From assembly GCA_964431685.1 (NCBI GenBank), contig CAYSLA010000003.1:1-56299 (forward strand): a stretch of DNA of 56,299 nt, in the 5' to 3' direction. The position numbers and the translations under genes are program-made. Shown here in pieces: positions 1 to 6,901 of the stretch (within the stretch, counting starts at the first letter, position 1; each line of letters opens with the position of its first letter). This DNA is from an uncultured bacterium (GTDB lineage Bacteria > Armatimonadota > UBA5829). The notes beneath the pieces were generated by a model, which saw only the letters and a list, made by a program, of their open reading frames with translations, was not told the origin of the DNA and searched no databases.

Positions 1-18
1 TTCTGGGGCAGGAGATAA

Positions 19-142
19 GTAAGAGCTCAGACTATGTGAGAAACCACGTCATCCTGAACTTGGTTCAGGACCCATCCCTTCTCCGGATGGGTGCCGGATC
101 GAGTCCGGCATGACGTATTACTCAGTGAGACTGAGCTCTTAC
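19..142 (+). mobile_element. MITE copy A (124 bp), terminal inverted repeats GTAAGAGCTCAG / CTGAGCTCTTAC, flanked by 8-bp direct repeat GGAGATAA
   Basis: The TIRs were read directly at 19-30 and 131-142. An identical GGAGATAA sits at 11-18 and 143-150, which fits a target-site duplication. The interior is a chain of short hairpins (cctgaac..gttcagg, catcc..ggatg, gccggat..tccggc). There is no plausible ORF. Two more copies lie at 50855 and 56137. Confidence 0.85.
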
Positions 143-357
143 GGAGATAAGCCCAGACAGAAGATTTCTCCCTGCGGTCGAAATGACATAACCGCATGTC
201 ATTCCGAGCACCAGACCGCACGGATAGCTCGGTTGTTCTGGGTAGGAACTCCCCAAAATCAGGGGGCTTCCTTAGGAACGAAGTGAGGAATCTGCCTCCG
301 TCACATTTCGACTCCGCTCAGGGACCGATGGGGCAGGCGATCTTTGCAGGTTGGGTA

Positions 358-2421
358 CTATGCGGCGTTTGTCTCGCGGTATTCGCCTCGCCAGTTTGCC
401 AGGAATTGTTCGAACTCAAGGGCTGGCACAGGTCTGCTCACCAGGTATCCTTGGACTTCGTCACATCCAAGCGTCTTGAGATAGTGCCACTGTTCGCGTG
501 TCTCGACACCTTCTGCTACTACCTTCATACACAGGTTGTGAGCCATTGCCACAACGGCGCCGCATATTGAGGCATCATCCAGATTTGTGGTAACATCCCG
601 CACAAACGAACGGTCTATCTTCAGGCAGTCAATGGGGAAGCGCTTCAGGTAGCTCAGCGACGAGTAGCCGGTTCCGAAGTCATCGATCGTGACGCTTACG
701 CCCAGCCTCTTGAGGAGACGAAGTGTCTCCACCGCGTGTTCAGCATTCTGCATAAGGGCGCCTTCGGTTATCTCTATCTCGAGCAATTGCGGCGGCAGAG
801 CCGATTCAGCGAGAACCGTCTCGATGATTCTCAACAGCGACTGATCCGATTGGAACTGCTTCGGCGACACATTGACGGAAACACGCAGATCGGCCCCTCC
901 CTGTTTGTGCCAGGCACAAGCCTGAGTGCACGCGTTGCGGAGCGCCCACTCTCCCAGGGGCACTATCAGCCCGGTTTCTTCAGCGATGGGTATGAATGAA
1001 GAGGGCGGAGTAATGCCGTTCTCGGAGTGCTGCCACCGAAGCAGCGCTTCTGCACCGGTCACAGCGCTGGTGAACAACTCGACTCTCGGCTGATAGAAGA
1101 GCACAAACTCCTCGCGCTCAACTGCTTTCCTTAGATCCTGCTCAATCCTCAGGTTCTCCATCGCGACGATGTTGGTATTCTCGCAGTAGGCTTGATACCG
1201 GTTTCTGCCTCTCTCTTTGGCCTTGTACATTGCAGCATCGGCGTTCATGAGCATGGTTTCCATATCCGTTCCGTGCGCAGGACAGATGCTGTAGCCGATG
1301 CTTGCTGATGTTACGAGCTCGTGTCCGTCCACCAGGAATGTGCACCTGAGCGACTCGAGCACGCGTCTGGCCGCCGCGCGGACATCTACCTCCGATTGCA
1401 CCTCACTGAGCAGAACTGCGAACTCGTCCCCGCCCATCCGTGCCAGAGTGCCCGTACCATCCACACACTCCGCGAGCCGGTCTCCAACCTGCCGCAGCAG
1501 CGCGTCTCCGACGTCGTGACCGAGCGTGTCATTGATTACCCTGAACCTGTCAAGATCCACAAACAGTACAGCCAGCTTCTTTCTGCTGTCTCTAGACTTC
1601 AGACTGCGATCCAGTTCCTGGCGGAAGAGTTGCCGATTGGGCAGGCCGGTGGCGATATCGTAGTGGGAAAGGCGATCGAGTTGTTGCGCGTGGTTCTTGT
1701 GCTCCGATATATCGCGGAGTATGACGCTGAACACCGTTCTTCCGTTCATCTCAATGGTTTCGACGGTAACGTGAACGTCAATCAATCCCCCGTCTTTGCG
1801 TCTGTGTCGCGTTTCGAAGCAGTCTCGCCCCTTGCGAAGAATGCGTTTGACGCGGCGGCGGAGAGCCTGTTCGTTGTGAGCAGCATCATAGTCCAAGACG
1901 CGCAGGGAGGAGAACTCCTCACGTGTGTAGCCGAGCATATCGCAGACAGCATCGTTGTACATTATGGGAAGCGAGCTGTTGGCGTCAATCAGCAGAACGC
2001 CGTCAGATAGCGAGTTCAGTAAAGCCTTGCAGCGGTTATCCGAATCTCTGAGCCGGTTCTGGGTCTCGGCCAGAGAACTCGCTGCTTCGCTCAGTTGCTC
2101 CTGAGTCTGACTGAGCTGCTGCAGCGTGGAGTAGAGGCTGTCACTGGAGGTCTCGCCGAAGTCTGTGCGCACCCTTTCCATCAAGAAGTAGGCGATTGCC
2201 GCACAGAGCAAAACGAACAGCACGACACTGAGGTGGATTGAGAGTTGCTCGCGGGTGGTCTCAAGCGTTAGTATCCAACCACCCAATGCCAGCGGAATAC
2301 ACAGCAGTCCAACCGCAACCACACTTGGGATTCGGCCGTTCTTAGGCTCCCTGGAACTTCGGTTCAAACCTAACTGGGGTCTGATTCTCGCAAACATTAT
2401 CCACCAGCCTGCTGGGCACAC
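358..2421 (-). CDS. Membrane-anchored PAS-GGDEF-EAL c-di-GMP turnover protein
   Basis: 687-aa ORF. Two N-terminal hydrophobic helices, a coiled-coil and a PAS-like segment are followed by a GGDEF domain (RMGGDEFAVLL). The EAL domain shows EALLRW and DDFGTGYSSLSYL. The start is either the GTG at 2421 or the ATG at 2397. Confidence 0.9.
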   Translation of the reverse strand: MCPAGWWIMFARIRPQLGLNRSSREPKNGRIPSVVAVGLLCIPLALGGWILTLETTREQLSIHLSVVLFVLLCAAIAYFLMERVRTDFGETSSDSLYSTLQQLSQTQEQLSEAASSLAETQNRLRDSDNRCKALLNSLSDGVLLIDANSSLPIMYNDAVCDMLGYTREEFSSLRVLDYDAAHNEQALRRRVKRILRKGRDCFETRHRRKDGGLIDVHVTVETIEMNGRTVFSVILRDISEHKNHAQQLDRLSHYDIATGLPNRQLFRQELDRSLKSRDSRKKLAVLFVDLDRFRVINDTLGHDVGDALLRQVGDRLAECVDGTGTLARMGGDEFAVLLSEVQSEVDVRAAARRVLESLRCTFLVDGHELVTSASIGYSICPAHGTDMETMLMNADAAMYKAKERGRNRYQAYCENTNIVAMENLRIEQDLRKAVEREEFVLFYQPRVELFTSAVTGAEALLRWQHSENGITPPSSFIPIAEETGLIVPLGEWALRNACTQACAWHKQGGADLRVSVNVSPKQFQSDQSLLRIIETVLAESALPPQLLEIEITEGALMQNAEHAVETLRLLKRLGVSVTIDDFGTGYSSLSYLKRFPIDCLKIDRSFVRDVTTNLDDASICGAVVAMAHNLCMKVVAEGVETREQWHYLKTLGCDEVQGYLVSRPVPALEFEQFLANWRGEYRETNAA

Positions 2422-2564
2422 GGCGTCGGCAAAACGTGGTGCACGTCAGTTCGTGCACATTGGTCACACACTTAATGATGCCACTTAGGACGCGAAACTT
2501 AACACCTTTGACCAATAATTGCAGGTATTTTACCTGACAACGAAGGAAACCGAAGCGGTGGACT

Positions 2565-3113
2565 CTATCTGCTCTTGATCGGACCGAGGGATATTTCAAA
2601 GTCGGATGGTGTGGTGGTCTCCGGCGCGATGATCACCGGTCTGGCGCCACGGTCAGGGGGTATGATGTCTTTGGTTCCCAGAGGAAACGAGCGGAGATTG
2701 CGCTGTGCCCACTGGGCGGCCTCTTTGCTCACAGGACTCTTGAGGTTGTAGCTGCGATACTGAATCATATCGCCTATGTGGGCGATTATGTTTACCAGAG
2801 TCACACCGGCGGACCAGAAGTCCCCGATACACACATAGTCACCGATGTTCGGATGCCAGATGGGTGTGTGCATAACGCATCGTGGGGATTGTTTGGGATA
2901 TCCCAGAGGAAGCGTGATGTCGACCACGTGTTTGGTGACACCGTGGGGCCGCTGCTGCGAAGCGTCCCACGCAATGCCACTCAGGTTATACGTGACCAGA
3001 TACCGGCCGGGCGGATCGCCCGACACTGCTTGAACCGATACAATGTCGCTGTGCGAAAACTCCGAGAGCACCTGTCTATAATCGTTGGCGAGTCGCCTTG
3101 CGCGGATACTCAT
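2565..3113 (-). CDS. Ubiquitin-conjugating enzyme (canonical UBC/E2 fold) homologue
   Basis: 182 aa. The core reads LPLGYPKQSPRCVMHTPIWHPNIGDYVCIGDFWSAGVTL, which matches the eukaryotic E2 core pattern YP..PP.v.F.T.i.HPNI...G.iCl..L...WSpa. The HPN codons are at 2847-2855 and the candidate catalytic Cys95 codon is at 2829-2831. The N-terminal RRLANDYRQVL resembles E2 helix 1. The ATG overlaps the JAMM stop (ATGA at 3110-3113). Confidence 0.85.
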   Translation of the reverse strand: MSIRARRLANDYRQVLSEFSHSDIVSVQAVSGDPPGRYLVTYNLSGIAWDASQQRPHGVTKHVVDITLPLGYPKQSPRCVMHTPIWHPNIGDYVCIGDFWSAGVTLVNIIAHIGDMIQYRSYNLKSPVSKEAAQWAQRNLRSFPLGTKDIIPPDRGARPVIIAPETTTPSDFEISLGPIKSR

Positions 3114-4567
3114 TCTTCTTCAGTCCCCGGTTTCTCCAGGCGCCTTGTTTCTTCGGGAGAGATTGCGCCCAGCATGTCCTTGGGCCGAGGATCACGCCGC
3201 GTATTTGCAAAGGCTGCAAGGTCCAATTGCTCGCTGCGTGTCATCTCGCCAAACACCCTCTTGAGGGTTGACTCCGGGGCGTCAAGAAGAGACGTGTGGA
3301 AGCGTTTCTTCTCGCCCTGAAGCCACCTCAGAGCAGCTCGGTACTCCTCCGGGGCTCTGGATTCGGCAGGGCCCTTCGAACTCGCTCGAACCATATTGGA
3401 CGCCAGTCGGGCGCGTTCGACTCTTTCCGGCCAAGTTCGCGCATGGCGCCAGTAGACTTCGGCAAGCCTTGCGGCGCGCGCAGACGCGGCCGAGGCCTGT
3501 GCCTGTGAAGCATCCTTGTCTACACCGATCCTCTCGCCTACTGAGAGCGGCCGATTGTCGCTGCGGTTGGCGGCGATGGAGGCTGAGATGATAAGGTTCG
3601 CTCCGTCAAGCTCGGGGCTGTCGAGTTCTCGCGCCCGCAACGCCGCCCGCACCTTCACAAGCCTTTCAAGTTCCCGAAGTGCGGCACTGTTGGTCCGATC
3701 TGCAGCCACAGCACGCCTTAACCAATCCTCCGCGTCCGAGTAGTCCGAAATCCTGATCAAGCGCAGAGCCACCTTAGTTGGGTCGGGAGGCGGGTCAGGA
3801 CGCATCGCAATTGAAAGGATTAATCCTGCGAGCACGAGCGTGGCAATTGCCCAGGGCAACCATCCGCGAATCCCGAGCTTTCGGGTCCGGCGCGTGCCAG
3901 CTATTGAGGATGAGGCAGCATTAGCGGCCGCGGTGTCGCGCCTGCGATATTCGCTAAGCCTCCTGGCAGTGTCTCTGGCCTTTCTGGACGATCGCTTCTC
4001 CTCGAAAATGTAGAATCCTCGGGTTCTTACCAGGGATCCGTCTTTCCATCTGAAGCAGCCCCAGTTCTCGTGCATTGGGTCCAGAACGAGCGCGACCTGC
4101 CACGGGTCCCGAAAGAACCCGTTGTGGATAAAGTCGTCCTCCCTGCTCATGAAGACCCCAAGGCCAGGGTGCGTATGATACCACCCAACTATCTGCCGAT
4201 TCTCCCCGAGGCGAGCGAGCTCCTTGCTGATCTCCTTCCAGGATTCGTGCGTGAATGTGAAGGAGATGTCCGTCTTCTGGTCACTGGGCGCTTCGATGAT
4301 GCCGTCGATCTCGATGTATGATTCCGTCTGTGTGCGGTAGAAGCCGCCCACCAGCACTCCTCCAGTCTCTACGCCGGAGTCTGCCGTGGCTTGAGCGGAA
4401 ATCCCCGCTATCACACTCTCGCGGATGAAGACCGGGATGCTGTCTGAGGCGGGATCGTCGTACGCGAAGCAGACAAGAGACCTGTCCAGCAACGGGCTGG
4501 GTTTTGACTCTATGCCTTTACGCTTTGACTCACCAAGACTGATTTCGAAATCACCGTCAGAGTTCAA
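3110..4567 (-). CDS. JAMM/MPN+ metalloisopeptidase (deubiquitinase-like) with one TM helix and a ~230-aa C-terminal helical domain
   Basis: 485 aa. It has the conserved Glu (VETGGVLVG) and the complete JAMM motif WYHTHPGLGVFMSREDD (H-x-H-x7-S-x2-D). A hydrophobic helix WLPWAIATLVLAGLILSIAM (about residues 236-255) is preceded by RRTRKLGIR. The C-terminal region is Arg/Ala-rich and helical. The start is a TTG at 4567 with a GGGAG Shine-Dalgarno 7 nt upstream. Confidence 0.85.
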   Translation of the reverse strand: MNSDGDFEISLGESKRKGIESKPSPLLDRSLVCFAYDDPASDSIPVFIRESVIAGISAQATADSGVETGGVLVGGFYRTQTESYIEIDGIIEAPSDQKTDISFTFTHESWKEISKELARLGENRQIVGWYHTHPGLGVFMSREDDFIHNGFFRDPWQVALVLDPMHENWGCFRWKDGSLVRTRGFYIFEEKRSSRKARDTARRLSEYRRRDTAAANAASSSIAGTRRTRKLGIRGWLPWAIATLVLAGLILSIAMRPDPPPDPTKVALRLIRISDYSDAEDWLRRAVAADRTNSAALRELERLVKVRAALRARELDSPELDGANLIISASIAANRSDNRPLSVGERIGVDKDASQAQASAASARAARLAEVYWRHARTWPERVERARLASNMVRASSKGPAESRAPEEYRAALRWLQGEKKRFHTSLLDAPESTLKRVFGEMTRSEQLDLAAFANTRRDPRPKDMLGAISPEETRRLEKPGTEEE

Positions 4568-4585
4568 GGATCATCTCCCGCTGAA

Positions 4586-4618
4586 CACCTCCCCCCTCCG
4601 TTCCGGAGGGGGGAGGTG
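4586..4618. repeat. Perfect 15-bp-stem C/G-rich palindrome CACCTCCCCCCTCCG-ttc-CGGAGGGGGGAGGTG
   Basis: Read directly. It lies in the intra-operon spacer about 20 nt upstream of the JAMM start. A related copy is at 13890-13929. One arm contains the SD-like GGAGGTG and the other contains its complement CACCTCC. Confidence 0.85.
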
Positions 4619-4705
4619 CTGATACGCTGCACTTCGTAATGGACGTGAAGGGGCGAGTTCTCAAATGCCGCCCCATCGTGGGCTCGGCCAGGCAAGATGT
4701 CTGTA

Positions 4706-4737
4706 CCACAATGCCCGACATGAGTGTCGGGCCTACC
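4706..4737 (-). repeat. REP element (GTAGG + CCCGACA..TGTCGGG palindrome), copy 1 in the Ub-operon spacer
   Basis: The plus strand reads ccacaatgcccgacatgagtgtcgggcctacc. On the minus strand it starts with GGTAGG followed by a hairpin. It is 31/32 identical to the copy at 4778-4809 and belongs to the same family as 44139-44196. Confidence 0.85.
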
Positions 4738-4777
4738 TTCTGGGGGAGGTTGGACGCCGCCCCCCGTGTCTCGTGCG

Positions 4778-4809
4778 CCACAATGCCCGACACGAGTGTC
4801 GGGCCTACC
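4778..4809 (-). repeat. REP element, copy 2 (direct orientation relative to copy 1, 72 bp apart)
   Basis: The plus strand reads ccacaatgcccgacacgagtgtcgggcctacc. It has a single mismatch to copy 1, located in the hairpin loop. Confidence 0.85.
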
Positions 4810-4829
4810 ATAGCCTGCCCCATAGTGGT

Positions 4830-5243
4830 CTAGCCCAGGAACTTCCAGAGCAGAAACGCCCCACCACCAATGATAATGCCGTAGAAGATTATGTTGCTGA
4901 GGGATGCCGTGCGCTGCTTCACTCTGCAGTTCCAGCAGAGCAGGTGCTTTTCGTCCGCCACCTCGCCACACGCAAAACATCTCATACTGGGCCTGTCCGC
5001 TTCAACGGACGACTTTGGCTGCGAAAGCTCAACAGTGGCATCCACCCGCGGCGCGATCTTCTCCGCTATACTCTCATCCCACAGCGCAGCGCCATCACAC
5101 CCATACACCGCGCATTTTCCGTTCGCTTTCCAGCACTCCCGATGATGCGATGACCCACATCTGGGACACCTTACACGCTCATCGGATTCGCCGATGTTTC
5201 CCAGGCAGTACGGGCACTTGCCCGGTTCGCTGTTTGTGCTCAT
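4830..5243 (-). CDS. Tail-anchored RING-like (C4HC3 binuclear treble-clef) zinc-finger protein, paralogue B; candidate E3
   Basis: 137 aa. The N-terminal ligand pattern is CPYC-x12-CPRC-x4-H-x2-CW-x5-C-x4-C. A second CxxC-x10-CxxC zinc ribbon follows (CFACGEVADEKHLLCWNC). The C-terminal hydrophobic helix is IIFYGIIIGGGAFLLWKF. The ATG overlaps the stop of paralogue A (ATGA at 5240-5243). Confidence 0.75.
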   Translation of the reverse strand: MSTNSEPGKCPYCLGNIGESDERVRCPRCGSSHHRECWKANGKCAVYGCDGAALWDESIAEKIAPRVDATVELSQPKSSVEADRPSMRCFACGEVADEKHLLCWNCRVKQRTASLSNIIFYGIIIGGGAFLLWKFLG

Positions 5244-5692
5244 TTAATCCACTGCCCTCCAATCGTAATGAGCAGTATCAATCCAACCAAACCCAGGACA
5301 AACAAAGCTCCGAGCATAAGGGCCACCGGATTGTCTGTCCTCTGCGACTCCTCAAAACTGCGCCTGCATTCCTGGCAGCTCAGTTCCCCCTCTGGCAGTT
5401 GCCGTCCGCACACGATGCACGGATTGTACCCTGAGGGGGCGGTTCTGTAAGGCTTGATTACTATCTTCTCTCGCTGCCCGCCAACATCAAGTGTCACCTG
5501 CTCCGTGACATTGATCTCGGTGCGCTTTACGGATCTCGGACAATCCGGAACGCAGCAACCGCCGTTCTCGTCCCAGCACTCGCTGTGCATCACGGATCCG
5601 CAGGCCTGGCACGCGACGGCGGTCTCGCCCTGTGCGATATTGTCGAGGCAATACGGACACGTGCGCTCCGACGGGGAACCCTGTTCTCCCAT
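5240..5692 (-). CDS. Tail-anchored RING-like (C4HC3) zinc-finger protein, paralogue A; candidate E3
   Basis: The pattern is CPYC-x12-CQAC-x4-H-x2-CW-x6-C(C)-x3-C, followed by CIVCGRQLPEGELSCQEC and the C-terminal TM helix LMLGALFVLGLVGLILLITIGG. I prefer the ATG at 5692, which lies 7 nt after the E1 stop, over the TTG at 5713 given in the ORF track. Confidence 0.75.
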   Translation of the reverse strand: MGEQGSPSERTCPYCLDNIAQGETAVACQACGSVMHSECWDENGGCCVPDCPRSVKRTEINVTEQVTLDVGGQREKIVIKPYRTAPSGYNPCIVCGRQLPEGELSCQECRRSFEESQRTDNPVALMLGALFVLGLVGLILLITIGGQWIK

Positions 5693-5699
5693 ATCTGTG

Positions 5700-6896
5700 C
5701 TAGACAATCCCAAATACCTGCTTCAGGTCTCCGCTGATCTCCACACCCACGCTTGTCTCGGAGAATCTGACCGTGACGATCTCCGCCGGGGCAAACCCCA
5801 TATCCTGAAGCGTCAGATGACTGAGACTCGCTTCTCCCACACATTCTGTTACGACATCCGGTAGCCTGAGAGTTCCACACTTTGGGCACGCCGCTTCGTC
5901 CGGCGTCACCGTATCCAATAATCGGTAGAATCCAACCCGCTCTTCACAGGCTCTGCATTCCAGACTGGTAACTATCTCGGACGGAGGCTCGATTCGTCCG
6001 GTCATGCCCATTTCGTGTTGGGCGGCGTCAAGCACATCGGATATGGTGGCAGTTTGGCGATCCAGTTCTGTTTCTATCACGACGTCCAGCGTTTCGTGGC
6101 TTATGCAGTCGTCCCTGCGCACGTAGCCTACGGTGAAGCAGTCGTAGGTCAGTCCGTCGAAGAAGAATCCTCTACCAGCCAGTCCGGGAAGACCGGCGCC
6201 GGGATGCAGCAGTTTGACCGCTTCCTGAACCTCCACGCCGGCGATAACCGCAGCGGTTGCCGGGGTAGTGGGAGTTCGTCCCGCGTGTGCTGCCTGCCTT
6301 TCAATGAAGCCGCACGAGTTCCTTATGGTCATGAACCTGGTGTCCTGCTCACTCAGTGTGCACTCATAGCAGGGGCCATCAGGCGGCACAAATACTCTGG
6401 CTATGCCCTGAAAGGCTTCCGTAGCACCGTCCACCCAGGGCCTGTTCACCTTCCAGCAAGCCCGGTTGACCGCAAAACGCGCGTCGCGGTTGTCCAATCC
6501 GGCAATTACCACGTCTGCCCAGCGGAAGAAGCCAGCGCCCACCTGCGTAGTAACGTCTGCGTTCATCCATCGGGGCTGACAGTCCGGGTTGATAGATTGA
6601 GCTGCCTGGGCCGCAACCTCTGCTTTACACCTGCCCCGGTCGGACTTGCGATACAGAACGCTGCGTGAGAGATTGGAGTCCTCGATCTCGTCGAAGTCCA
6701 CTATCAGCAAGTGACCCACCCCGAGAAGCGCGAGGTTCTTGACTATCTCGTTGCCTAGAGCTCCTGCCCCGACAACCAATACGCGTGCATCGGCCAGTGC
6801 ACGCTGATCCCACCACGGGATCAGGCGAAGCCGCTCATAGCGGTCTTCCGGAGCGTCAAGATGTATGATTTCGCTGGCGGGTTCATCGAAGTTCAT
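5700..6896 (-). CDS. Ubiquitin-activating (E1) enzyme homologue, ThiF/MoeB/Uba adenylation fold with C-terminal Zn-ribbon and putative ubiquitin-fold extension
   Basis: The Rossmann/ATP motif is VLVVGAGALGNEIVKNLALLGVGHLLIVDFDEIEDSNLSRSVLY, followed by GLDNRDARFAVNRAC. CxxC pairs are present (PCYEC, CRAC...CPKC), and a Cys in the crossover region (IRNSCGF) is a candidate catalytic residue. I prefer the ATG at 6896, 5 nt after the Ubl stop, over the track start at 6959, which would overlap the Ubl gene by 58 nt. Confidence 0.85.
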   Translation of the reverse strand: MNFDEPASEIIHLDAPEDRYERLRLIPWWDQRALADARVLVVGAGALGNEIVKNLALLGVGHLLIVDFDEIEDSNLSRSVLYRKSDRGRCKAEVAAQAAQSINPDCQPRWMNADVTTQVGAGFFRWADVVIAGLDNRDARFAVNRACWKVNRPWVDGATEAFQGIARVFVPPDGPCYECTLSEQDTRFMTIRNSCGFIERQAAHAGRTPTTPATAAVIAGVEVQEAVKLLHPGAGLPGLAGRGFFFDGLTYDCFTVGYVRRDDCISHETLDVVIETELDRQTATISDVLDAAQHEMGMTGRIEPPSEIVTSLECRACEERVGFYRLLDTVTPDEAACPKCGTLRLPDVVTECVGEASLSHLTLQDMGFAPAEIVTVRFSETSVGVEISGDLKQVFGIV

Positions 6897-6901
6897 TTCG
6901 C

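Noticed and set aside
27-221. 64-aa ORF spanning MITE copy A
   Set aside because: The reading frame is created by the MITE sequence itself. The equivalent ORF is not preserved in copies B and C.
4706-4809. Possible mini-CRISPR array (two 32-bp direct repeats, 72 bp apart)
   Set aside because: There are only two copies. The repeats are GTAG-plus-palindrome REPs, and the same sequence recurs as an inverted doublet at 44139-44196. There are no cas genes and no leader.
4557-4980. Track ORFs of 88 and 138 aa running through the Ub-operon spacer
   Set aside because: Their sequence is dictated by the two REP copies (repeated VGPTL[VM]SGIV / GPDT[RH]VGHCG) and by the C/G hairpin. One of them also overlaps the RING-B gene out of frame. 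There is no SD or other coding signal.
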